Shown: positions 52,932 through 64,000 of the stretch, piece after piece
Position numbering within the stretch: position 1 is the first letter of the stretch
Layout: each line of letters begins with the position of its first letter
From: Haliotis rufescens
Lineage: Eukaryota
Direction of reading: 5' to 3'
DNA length: 64,000 nucleotides
Assembly (NCBI RefSeq): GCF_023055435.1
Contig: NW_025964376.1
Location: 868,001-932,000 of the forward strand
Program-made: the position numbers and the translations under genes
Notes under the pieces: model-generated
Seen by the model: only the letters and a program-made list of their open reading frames with translations
Told to the model about the DNA's origin: nothing
Databases searched by the model: none

Positions 52932-55759
52932 CGAGGTGGTTAAAGTATTCGCTCGAAACGCCGAAGACCGGGCTCGATTCCCTTGTGTGACGCTCAATTC
53001 AGGTGTGGCCTGCCGTGATATTGGCGGAATATTTCTAAAAGCGGCATAAAACCATACTCACACATTCACTCCTGCATAGCCCCAACTGCATTTACAGCTT
53101 TCTAAAATCTACCACTGAAGGATTGCCTCATATGTTCTATTCAAATATCCACATCACTGGCGACTCAGGACTTCGTTCCAACAAGCGACAAACCCAATAC
53201 AAACACGCTAAGCAGCGGAGAGAGTCATATCGCTAAGATGGCTGTGCAGAAGGGCGCCCTGTTATCTGTCATGAAGTACCTTCTAACGCTTGTTGTTTTG
53301 TTCCATGTTAACGGAAACATCGTTATCTTAAGCATCCGGAGGTTTTATCAGAATGTCTCTGCAATCAGGTGGCCACACACTCACTACACAAGGCCACTGA
53401 AAGTTCGCAACGAGACAGGTTTATTCATATTTTTGGAACAAACAAGTCAGTGACCACAAACATACCAAACAATGACCCATTGTCCGAGCGCAAGGTATGC
53501 ACCAATGCCAAAAACGAAGGAATGCTTTATGTTCAAGTGCGATAATGTTGGTATTAATTTAATTTGTACCACAGAATTGCAAACAGCAGATTTAGGTATG
53601 AAAACATGTTTTTGTCCGCGGACAACGAAAAGTAGTTACAATGGTATGTGGTACCGAAATTGGTACTGAACTTTATGTCTTACAGATTCCTTCAAACCAA
53701 TAGTGTTCGTTTGTTGCTTAACGCTGCCCTCAGCAATATTCAGTCTATAAGACGACAGTCTGTAAAAACAGTCTGAAACAGATAATACAGTGATTGACAT
53801 CATGAGCATCAATCCACGCAACTGGGATACGATGACTGCATCAACCCAGTCAGCGAGCCTAACAACTCGATCCTGTTGATCGCCTCTTACGACAAGCATG
53901 GGTAGCTGAAGTCCCGTTCCCACCCGGACTTTCACGGGTGCAAACCAATAGTGAAGCGTCCTCGATTACCGGTGTATTATATCTTCAATCTATTTTGATG
54001 AATACCCTGGCCCCTTTTCCACACAAGCGACCGCAGCAATGAGGGGATCGTACTCCCATACTTTATCATAGACTTACGACTGTCGTAAGTCTGTCATCGC
54101 TTTATGGAACGACCGGTTTGCTGCGGTAACATCGTTTGTGAAATGACGTTACTCGTTCTCCGTACCTATCAGCATCCTCGCTCAGTACTTTCTCTCACAC
54201 ACGAAAGTAATTTGATTGGACGGTTTTTTGTATTGTCATGTCATTCGAATCGGACGCCAACGGAAACTTTGTTGTGGAATTGGTGCAGGTATTTCAAATT
54301 GCAGAATGGTGATATAATATACTTGATTATCGAAATCTTGCTGTATGAACTACGGATATAAACTGTGACCATTGGAAGGTTGTCTATGGAAAATAGACTG
54401 AAAATAGTAAGTACGGAAAGGTTATCGATCGGCTGTGGCAGATTAGTTGATACAATGCTTTTACATCTCTCTGTATGAGATAATGTTTCAAAACTAATGA
54501 GTGCTTGAAGAACGTTAATGCAAAACCTGAGCATTTTACCGTCTGTCACCTGAAGATTTATCACTGCAGGGATGAAAGGATATCCACATTATTTAAGAGA
54601 TTGTAAGTTTAAAGCTTGAAATTCTATAATACAATTATGAAATATTCTATTTCCAAATTGAAATTGGATAAGATATTGTGGTATCTAAAAATTCCAACGT
54701 TTCGGATTTATGGAAACCCCTTTAATCTGGACAGTACTGCTTTGAGTCACAAATCTTTTCAAATTTTCTAATTTTTGTAAATCATTATTGTTCGGTGTAT
54801 ATAGGTACACGTTCCTAACAGTGTATGACCGGAAGGCAGAGTATCTAGACTAACGAAGTTTTATTGTATTACTCGTATTACATGGTATTCGTATTCGAAG
54901 TGATGAGCGCCCGGGGCGCTCTCAAAATTCAGAAATAGGGGGCTCTTATTAGAATTAGAATTTGAAAAAAATCGTAAGATCGTTAATTTCGTAGTCTATC
55001 CCAGACAAACTAGTGATTGATATTATGAACAACGTCCAAATGTAATGTTATACGATGACACGAAATCAAGAAAGGTCACCGAGCCTGATTACCCAATGCA
55101 TTTAGTCACCTCGTGGGGCTTGCGGGACCTTTTTAAACCTGGAATCCCCACGAAGTGATTTTCAAGTGTTATACGTCCAAATCATTAAATATCTTTACCG
55201 ACTTTCACAAACACAAAGCTGTATTGCAAGAACACATTCCAGGAAAATCTCCAATACTGCTCTGATTAACCCAATGTGAACGGTACTAGTATGCGGGAGT
55301 ATGTGCTGATTGGAAGCAAATGACTCCACGTGGCCTGCGGGAATGCAGCTGATATACTATCCCGTGTCACGTTTCCCAGCAGCAGATATACTCACGCCGT
55401 TAAGTCACCGGGTGAAGATACGGGTCCTCGCAGTTTTGGCAAGGAGGGGATCTTTATCAGGATATACAATTTCCGTTTGAAATTATTAACAGTACTGAAA
55501 CCGCTTGCCAATTTTCAATACCACGTGTCTGAAGTTCGCAGCGGTTCGTTCTAAGTTTAACCTAACCAGCAATAAATGCAACATACATTAAATAACGAAC
55601 TCGCTGCAGGTTAGGATTGAGTTAAGAAACTGAATAACTCAACAGTCATTGGATGATGGACCATTCCATCATTGCATCTGTTATACAAAGACTGAACGAA
55701 CCTCTGCCTGGTTAGGTTTCAATTGTCCCAAACAATGGAGTTCCAGCTGTTGGAAGATG

Positions 55760-56012
55760 GACCCGTGAAGATCCGGAGTAGAATAAGTCTTCAGCAAACC
55801 CATGCTTGCCGTAAAAGGCGACTAACGGGATCGGATGGTCAGGCTCGCTGACTAGGTTGATGCATGTCATCGTATCCCAATTGCGTGGATCGATGCTCAT
55901 GTTTTTAATCACTGGATGGTCTGGTCCAGACTCGATTATTTACAGACGGCCGTCATATAGCTGGAATATTGCTAAATGCGATGTTTAACAACAAACAAAC
56001 AAAACAAACATT
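55760..56012 (+). mobile_element. Family D short retroelement without tRNA head (probably LINE 5'-end-derived), full length
   Basis: TSD TGTTGGAAGATG(G) (55748-55760, 56013-56025); starts GACCCGTGAAGATCC; (CAAA)n tail; no A/B boxes. About 20 copies or fragments, e.g. 19490-19685(-), 22372-22630, 23093-23340, 26710-26972(-), 31528-31748(-), 36929-37118, 43870-44093(-), 53705-53939(-), 59570-59828(-), 59915-60135. Confidence 0.85.
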
Positions 56013-56274
56013 TGTTGGAAGATGGTATACCAGTTAGACACTTGAGATGGCTGGAGAGATTTTAACGAGTTATGAGATTAACTTTATATGACTGGTGAAC
56101 ACACAACCTTTTGAGTAATGCACGGGTTAGAATCTGTGCCTGCTAACCTTTGCTGCCTGAGAGAGCGACAACATGGATCGGGCGGTCAGGCTCGGTGACT
56201 TGGTTGATCGTGGGCAGATGACTGGCTGGGGCCAAAATAACCCGTTGACCGCAAAGTAATGTGTTTTCGCCCGC

Positions 56275-57530
56275 AACACACAAACACACACACACACGCA
56301 CATGCACACACACGCACATGCACACATACATGCACACAGACACATGCATGTATACACACTCACACCCATAAGCTCATACACAGGCACACACATACATACA
56401 CTCTCTCCCTCACACACTCACACACACATGCACACATACATTTATACACTCACACTCATAAACTCACACACTCATACATACATACCCACACACTCATGCA
56501 CACGCACACTCAGACATACACACATACATACACTCTCTGACTCACACACATGCACACATACATTTATACACTCACACTCATAAACTCACAAACTCATACA
56601 TACATACCCACACACTCATGCAGACGCACACTCAGACATACACACATACATACACTCTCTCCCTCACACACTCACACACACATGCACACATACATTTATA
56701 CACTCACACTCATAAACTCACACACGCATACAGACATACCCACACACTCATGCACACGCACACTCAGACATACACTCTCGCCCTCACACACACTCACACA
56801 CATACATACACTCTCCCTCACACACACATACATATACACGCACATACACACTCATACGTGGATTAACGGCGGAGTGAGAGCCTTATATTGAANNNNNNNN
56901 NNNNNNNNNNNNNNNNNNNNNNNNNNNNNNNNNNNNNNNNNNNNNNNNNNNNNNNNNNNNNNNNNNNNNNNNNNNNNNNNNNNNNNNNNNNNNNNNNNNN
57001 NNNNNNNNNNNNNNNNNNNNNNNNNNNNNCACGCACACGCAAACATACACGCTCTATCTCACACACTCACACCCTCTCTCACATTCACACACAAACAACA
57101 TGTTCACACATACATACATACATACATACATACATACATACATACATACATACATACATACATGCAAACACACACATACACACACATGCGTGGATTCACG
57201 GCGGAGTGAGAGCCATATACTGAAAGCCCNNNNNNNNNNNNNNNNNNNNNNNNNNNNNNNNNNNNNNNNNNNNNNNNNNNNNNNNNNNNNNNNNNNNNNN
57301 NNNNNNNNNNNNNNNNNNNNNNNNNNNNNNNNNNNNNNNNNNNNNNNNNNNNNNNNNNNNNNNNNNNNNNNNNNNNNNNNNNNNNNNNNNNNNNNNCAAT
57401 ATCACACACATACTCTCTCACACACATACATACACACACATACACACTCACATACACTCTCTCTCACACTCACACATACACTCTCTCATACACTCACATA
57501 CACATACATACAGACTCACACACACACGCA
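56275..57530. repeat. Compound CA-rich microsatellite with higher-order repeats and N-gaps
   Basis: (CA)n/(CATA)n/(CT)n mosaic; explains the His/Thr-rich ORFs. Confidence 0.92.
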
Positions 57531-60500
57531 NNNNNNNNNNNNNNNNNNNNNNNNNNNNNNNNNNNNNNNNNNNNNNNNNNNNNNNNNNNNNNNNNNNNNN
57601 NNNNNNNNNNNNNNNNNNNNNNNNNNNNNNNNNNNNNNNNNNNNNNNNNNNNNNNNNNNNNNNNNNNNNNNNNNNNNGCACCTTTACTTGCCAACGTTTT
57701 TTTTTTTAGAAACTGTAGCATCTGAACTCAAAATAATTGGGAAAAGTATGGGGTGAAATATGTATGACTGGTAACTAGAATAGATTCTGCCGCGACAGCG
57801 GAATACTTTGGGCCTCTGCCCCTTGGGGGACTGAGCCCACTCAGTGCGTTATTTATATATCAGGGAAACAAATTGACGTTCAACCGCCAACTTCTCAAAC
57901 AAGCCTTTTGCCGTCGGTCTTTAATGAAAGCCTAGTGACTGAGGAAGATTTAATGTACATTCGTTGGCGGTTAAAAGTGTTGGAATCCCCTTGTTCCTGG
58001 TCAACGTTGCCAGGAAGTCCGTTTAGACCCCCTGGCCTAGGTCATCGTTAGATTTGGTTAGACTCTTGTCTTTATATTAAATATATTTAACTTTGTCTAG
58101 CCCACGTAATTATTGATCACAACCCATGTGATAGATCCAGAAGAAAGCAGCGTGTTCATATATAATCTTGTGGGGATCTTTTCCCGGGGTGAGGTAATTT
58201 TGCATCTGAAGTGAAGTATAGGATGAATCAGAAAACCACTCGAAATTTAAGTTAGGTTTTGGGTTGCAAAAAACGAAGGAAGAGGGGCAGAGGAAAGTAC
58301 TGCTGGGTCTGCTTAAAAATACTCATAATCTGAATTGGACCTGCGGATCTTCATTATCAGTGCAGTCGATAACAACAGCAGGGGTGGAAGGTGTGCTCGA
58401 GGGCTGCACGCGAGTCGATGTGGCATGAACTCCACGTGCATCGCATCGCACTCCACCGCGATCCCCTCCTCAATGGAAATGGATCTTTCCTTTGCACGTG
58501 GAACGTCTATTGTCCCAAAACTCTCTTTCTCAACTTGTCTAACAGTAAGATCGGAGATCCCTCCTCGGGGGTTTACAAGCACAATCATATCCAAGAAGAA
58601 GTGCTATTTTATCTTAACCTCAAAATAATATTTTAAAAGGGTGTCAATTATTGGACTAAACAAAGAAACGAGGTGACTTGTCCCTTTACGTATACGCTTG
58701 ACTGGTTCCCTGATCATTCCGCAGGTGCAGCACGAAATTCCCGTTAAAAATGAATTCACGTTTATTTCTATCAAGTGTGAAGAATGTCACGTTGTGGACA
58801 TTTTTTGACGTGAAAATGTTCCTGCAGGAATGGCAGATGGCTGTCTATTGGAGAAGATGGCTTGTGAAAAAATGCCATAAAAGAAACGTTTCTGGTAAAC
58901 ATACGCTTCATGGATCGTACAAGTTACCGTCTTCAGCGGAAGTACAGGGTATACCCACAGCTCGGTTATGATGTGAAGACAATACGGATGACAGCAGCTG
59001 ATGGTGCGGCTATCAGAAACCTCCCAAGATAACATATGAAGAAGGGTTCATTATTTAACATGTTTAACATGTTGTCTCAATGACATTTTATTCACAGGAA
59101 ACTGGCACTTTTTTAATGTTTTAGGTTTACAATTCGCCGATCACGACAAAACAATGCCGCTGGGAAAATAGAAATGACATTTAAATAAAAAAGTAAACCC
59201 GATCGATCTTTGTTTTTATATAAAAAAAGAATACGATACAGATCTTACGCAGCGTTGTAAGCACCTGCGCAACGTAATTCGATTATATACTGAAGTAACA
59301 TAATTCTGGACTGTTTTAATAAGCTGTATCAAAGATAACACGAGTTACTTTCTCCCTTTTACCATCAACATACATGTATTACGATCAGCTGGCGTAATCT
59401 TCGGAATGGACAAGATCATACAATAGATCAGAACGCAATAAAATAACACGAGCACCTGTGTTAGATATGTCATCTAACGGAAATTGTCTTTGAATGTGTT
59501 GCGGCAAACTGAACATGATAATGACTTCAGTATCCACATTTTATGATGAATAAAGTGGAGTCTTACTGTTTGTGGTTGTTGTGAAACGTCACACTCAGCA
59601 ATATACCAGCTATATGACGGCGGTCTGTACATAACCAAGTCTGGACCAGACAATCCAGTGACTGACTTCATGAGCAATAATCTCCGCATTTGGGATAACT
59701 GAACAAGAAGCAACCAAGTCAGCAAGCCTGACCACCCGATCCCATTACACTCCTCTTACGACAAGCATATTCGCCTCTTACGACAAGTATTGATTGTTGA
59801 AGACCAATTCTAACCCGGATCTTCACATGTTGAAGTGGTACTAAAAGAATTGAAATATTGTGAGCATAGGTTTTTTAAATATACTATTTCGCTTCAAATG
59901 GCCTCTTGTTAAAGTCGCGACTTTGCTTGTCGTAAGAGGCGACTAACGGGATCGAGTGGTCAGGCTCGCTGACTGGGTTGATGCATGTCATCGATCCCAT
60001 ATTGCGTGGCTCAATGCTCATGATAATAATCACTGGATTGTCTGGTCCAGACTCGATTATTTACAGACCGCCGTCATATAGCTGGAATATTGCTGAGAGC
60101 GGCGTTAAACAACAAACCAACCAACCAACCAATCAACACAGCAACCTTATCACATCCACTACAAGGTCAAGGGCGAAAGTAAGGGACGTTATTCAAAATG
60201 ACAATGAGGTAATTTTGATGGAACATTCAGCATTCAAGATGCGCATCTATATCTAATATACAGTGGGTCATTTTGACAATACTGCTTATTTTGTTATGTT
60301 AATGTCAAAAGTCAAATGACTGATGAAAACCCCACCTTCACGACTGGTCATACTGAAAACACAAAATATTTCATGAACAATCTTTAGGCCATACATTACG
60401 GACAATGCGTTGCCGTGCCTGATGTCACAACACCGAATGAAACGGTGACGTCACATCAAGGGAGATAACTATGGCGCTTCATGCCTTCGACTAAAACTAA

Positions 60501-60953
60501 CTCCAATTAATGAACCTATTTTCTTTGAAAGTGAAAAAGTTAAGGATCAGCCGAGTCTTTCATGTTACTATAGTTAATCCATAACAGTTTAACAATAGTG
60601 ATATAAAAGAATCGGATGTTCCTTTTAGCAGTATAAACGGTTATAACAAAGCCCTCGGCTTATGATGATAGAGTAGCGAATGCCTCCTGCCCGACAACCC
60701 CGTCGCTTTGCAACAAAGAAGCCTGGCCCAAATGCCAGAGCTGACAATCTTAGTAATAACTATGAAGTCAGCCCCTTTTGCAGAGCATGTTGAACTTTGT
60801 CTGAGCTGATGGGTTATGATACAGACCGCAGACACATGCTGGGTCTTATTGTCAGACAAAGGCTTGTGTAAATCCTTCAGGCTTTCTGTAGACTGCATTT
60901 TCTACACTTCCGCTCACTGACGCCGGGTCACTTGCTGGAGATGGCGGTCTTGA

Positions 60954-61237
60954 GTGAGTGAGTGAGTGAGTTGGGTTTAACGCCGCTTTTAACAGTATTC
61001 CAGTTATATCGCGGCGTGTCAGCTTAATGTGGGGGGAAAGCCCGAAGTGATGCAGGTGTCAGACGTTTACCACTACGATGAAACCCACGAGCACGGGTAT
61101 GGTACTGACAAACCTAGAAACATAATCGGGGCGACCCGGGATTCGAACCCACAATCATAGGTTTCTGGCGTACCCAAGGGACGCAACTCTGCACAGCGAA
61201 TCGCGGCGCCTTAGACGACTTGGCCACCCGTGCCCCC
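60954..61237 (-). mobile_element. SINE family B (tRNA-Leu-like extended head), full length
   Basis: 13-bp TSD ATGGCGGTCTTGA (60941-60953, 61238-61250); head GGGGCACGGGTGGCC...TCTAAGGCGC...GGGTTCGAATCCC; (CTCA)n tail. Confidence 0.88.
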
Positions 61238-61507
61238 ATGGCGGTCTTGAAGAAGTAAAGGCCGCATCGCGACTTGTGATACCCCATACAACAGAATGAG
61301 TGAGTATAGTTTTACGCCACTCTTAGCAATATACCAGCAATAAAACGACGGGGGACACCAGAAAGGGGCTTCGCCCATTCAACCCATGTGGGAAATCGAA
61401 ACCGGACCCTTGGCCTGACGAGCGGACGCTTTAACCACTAGGCTACGTACAACCGCCCCCAGAAGAAATGTTGTGCTCTGTGGGCTGTTGATATTTCTAT
61501 ATGAGAA

Positions 61508-61794
61508 AGGGGGCACGGGTGGCCCAGACGTCTAAGGCGCCGCGATCGATTCGCTGTGCAGAGTTGCGCCCCTTGGGAATGCCAGAAACCTATGATTGTG
61601 GGTTCGTATCCCGGTTCGACCCGATTATGTTTCTAGGTTTGTCAGCACCCTACCCGTGCTCGTGGGTTTCACCGAAGTGGTAAACGTCTAAGACCTGCAT
61701 CACTTCGGGCTTTCCTCCAACAATGAGCTGACACGCCGCGATATAACTGGAATATTGTTAAAAGCGGCGTTAAACCCAACCCATTCATCACTCA
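61508..61794 (+). mobile_element. SINE family B, full length
   Basis: TSD CTATATGAGAA (61497-61507, 61795-61805). Confidence 0.88.
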
Positions 61795-62246
61795 CTATAT
61801 GAGAAGGGTTTTAATTGTTGCATCTGATCTAAGGCAAGTTTCACGTCACATGCCATGGGCACCTAAAGCACAAAGGCTTTACAACCAAATTATTATGACA
61901 TCATGATAAATGACGTTAAGCAGCTAAAGGACCGATTTTTAGGTAGTTGCGTCTCTTAGGCGTGTCAGAATCCCACTGTCGTAGTTACGAATCACAGATG
62001 CGCCCTGATTAAAATGCTTTGTGTTTCACTACCATACCCATGTCACTTTGTTTCGCCAAAGTGGAATACGTCTAAAACCTTGGACTCAGCTCCACCATCA
62101 ACGCCCTGATATGTCTGAAATATCGTTCAAATTTGGGTTAACCCAAGTCACTCACTGATCACCCATTGCCCACATTTACCTAGCCTTAATAACGTGGTAC
62201 AGAAAATACTGTTATTCCCTTCTTCTTTTTTTCTTTTTTTTTTCAA

Positions 62247-62605
62247 GACCGCCTCCGTGGTCTAGTGGTACAGCGTCCGCCCGGAGAGCGGAAGGTCCTG
62301 GGTTCGATCCCCGGCCGCGTCATACCAAAAGACTTTAAAAGATGGTACTTGTTGTTACCCTGTCTGGCGCTCGGCATTAAGGGGCTAAAACAAGGACTGG
62401 TCGGCTCGGAGTCAGTATACTGTGTCTGAGTGGGGTATTCGTGTTAAACTGCGGCATGGTATCTCAGTGAGCTAGCACTATAAATCGGCGCCAGTCAAGA
62501 CTAGTACAAGCAGCCACACACACACACACACATGTGCATGCACGTCGCTATATAAGTGCAATAATCTTGGACGCGACGTTAAACCCAATTTCACCTCACC
62601 TCACC
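62247..62605 (+). mobile_element. SINE family A (tRNA-derived head, V-domain-like body), full length
   Basis: A box GGTCTAGTGG and B box GGTTCGATCC; body GGACTGGTCGGCTCGGAGTCAG...TGTGTCTGAGTGGGG resembles the V-SINE domain; (CACCT)n tail; imperfect TTT(T/A)TTTCAA TSD. Other copies at about 15469-15690, 26340-26611(-), 31066-31420, 49500-49693(-), 52667-52890. Confidence 0.8.
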
Positions 62606-63048
62606 TTTATTTCAAACAAATTCTGTATTTCATATTTAAACCACAACGTCTTTGGTAAGTACAACTTTGTAGAATTACAGCCCTGTGTGAAGCTTTACAT
62701 ATATGAGATATACTTACGGATTGTGTTATACATCAGTCAGTCTTTTTTTCTTAATCCCGAGAAGGTCATTGGCCTATAGTACATGTATGCAAAGTAGACG
62801 TGGGTGCATGGATGCAATAGAATACACATTCTATTACATTCTACACATAACCATGATAACTGCTAAATAACGTCATGTCGTTGAGAAAGTACAATCTTTC
62901 TGGGCTATTTAATTGTGACAGTATATTTCCTCTTCAGATGTTAATTAATTGTGAGGACCATTGAGGACCATTGAAAGTGAGGACCATTGAACAAAGAGCC
63001 CCCCCGTGGGAATTCCGGGCTAGAATTGTCCCCTTGCAACATATCTGA

Positions 63049-63494
63049 TATCAGTCCCAGACGAATTCTGCGGAAAGATTGCAGAAAATGCGACTTTTCG
63101 GTGAAATGCCGAAAAATCGCGGATTTTGCCTTTTTTCATTAATCAATACACTATTTTAATTATTCTAAGCCTTCTCTGTAGAATTTTGCACACGAATGAT
63201 GCTCAAGCATTTAAGCAATAAAACGAACTTTGAAATAAATAGTTTTCACTTTTAAACGTTCTTGTGGTATTATGACTACAAAGGGTTGACATGTTAAACC
63301 AAACATGAAATCATTATATCTAAATGAAAGACATCAAAATTTGTAAAGAAAAAAGTGAGTTTGTATTAGTTTTCGAGTGGGAAATTGTTATGTTTTTACG
63401 ACATAAATTTGGTAATTTTACCCCAAAATGTTGGTACTTCTTACCGCAGAATTATGTGTGATAATTTTACCGCAGATTTCGCCTGGGACTGATA
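63049..63494. mobile_element. MITE with ~26-bp TIR, nested in an old family D copy
   Basis: TATCAGTCCCAGACGAATTCTGCGG ... CCGCAGATTTCGCCTGGGACTGATA; flanks ATATCTGA / ATATCTAC are a possible degraded 8-bp TSD. Confidence 0.75.
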
Positions 63495-64000
63495 ATATCT
63501 ACGAACGGAATATCAGGCACGTATGTTTCGGAAACCTCAGTGGGTGTGGCTGTGATTTAAGAGTGTGTTTCGCGTTATCTTTCTTGAACAGTATTAATAT
63601 GAAAAAACGATAACAAGAAACACCTGGTGCTTGCCAAATAAAGTGCGACAAAAACGTGTCATATTTCTAAACTCCAAATTCGGTAACATTACACCATGGC
63701 TGAACAGGTTTTAGTTATCAAGAATGGCACAAGCTTATCGCAATTACGACAAGACCGTCAACAAGTTATTTTAAACCGGTCGATCGGTACATCGTGAAAG
63801 AAACATATTGTCTTGAAAAAACAAACTTAGGACGATGAGTGATAGGTACGGTGTTATTGAGACCGGCCATTGACGCAGATGGCACAGTTACAATACAACG
63901 TCAACACTGACTGTGTTTCATACATCATGGACGGACAAGCTTTATTCTGCAAAATACCTTATCTAGATGTTTCAGTTTGTCCACAAAGAACACTTTGTAG

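Noticed and set aside
56127-57756. His/Thr- and Cys/Val-rich ORFs
   Set aside because: CA microsatellite and N-gap artefacts.

Overview
Eukaryotic, repeat-rich genomic DNA with six N-gaps. The SINE content (V-domain-like body, (CTCA)n/(CAAA)n tails, (CACG)n microsatellites) suggests a mollusc, probably abalone-like; this is inference. The only protein-coding gene I can support is a + strand Rnd/RhoE-subfamily atypical Rho GTPase. Four coding exons lie at 3515-3605, 22697-22806, 23399-23533 and 24479-24727, ending in the CAAX box CVVM; the P-loop exon was not found and is probably upstream of the window. The rest is mobile DNA: a decayed Tc1 (DD34E) element with an internal rearrangement, a near-intact mariner (DD34D), several MITEs, three tRNA-headed SINE families (my labels A, B, C), a tRNA-less short retroelement (family D), and 44-, 39- and 48-bp minisatellites. 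The most interesting candidate is the 5' head of family D. It can fold into a compact pseudoknot whose stems are kept by compensatory changes among copies in this window, and it is a possible unclassified retroelement-associated structured RNA or ribozyme. All identities come from manual reading, with no database searches.
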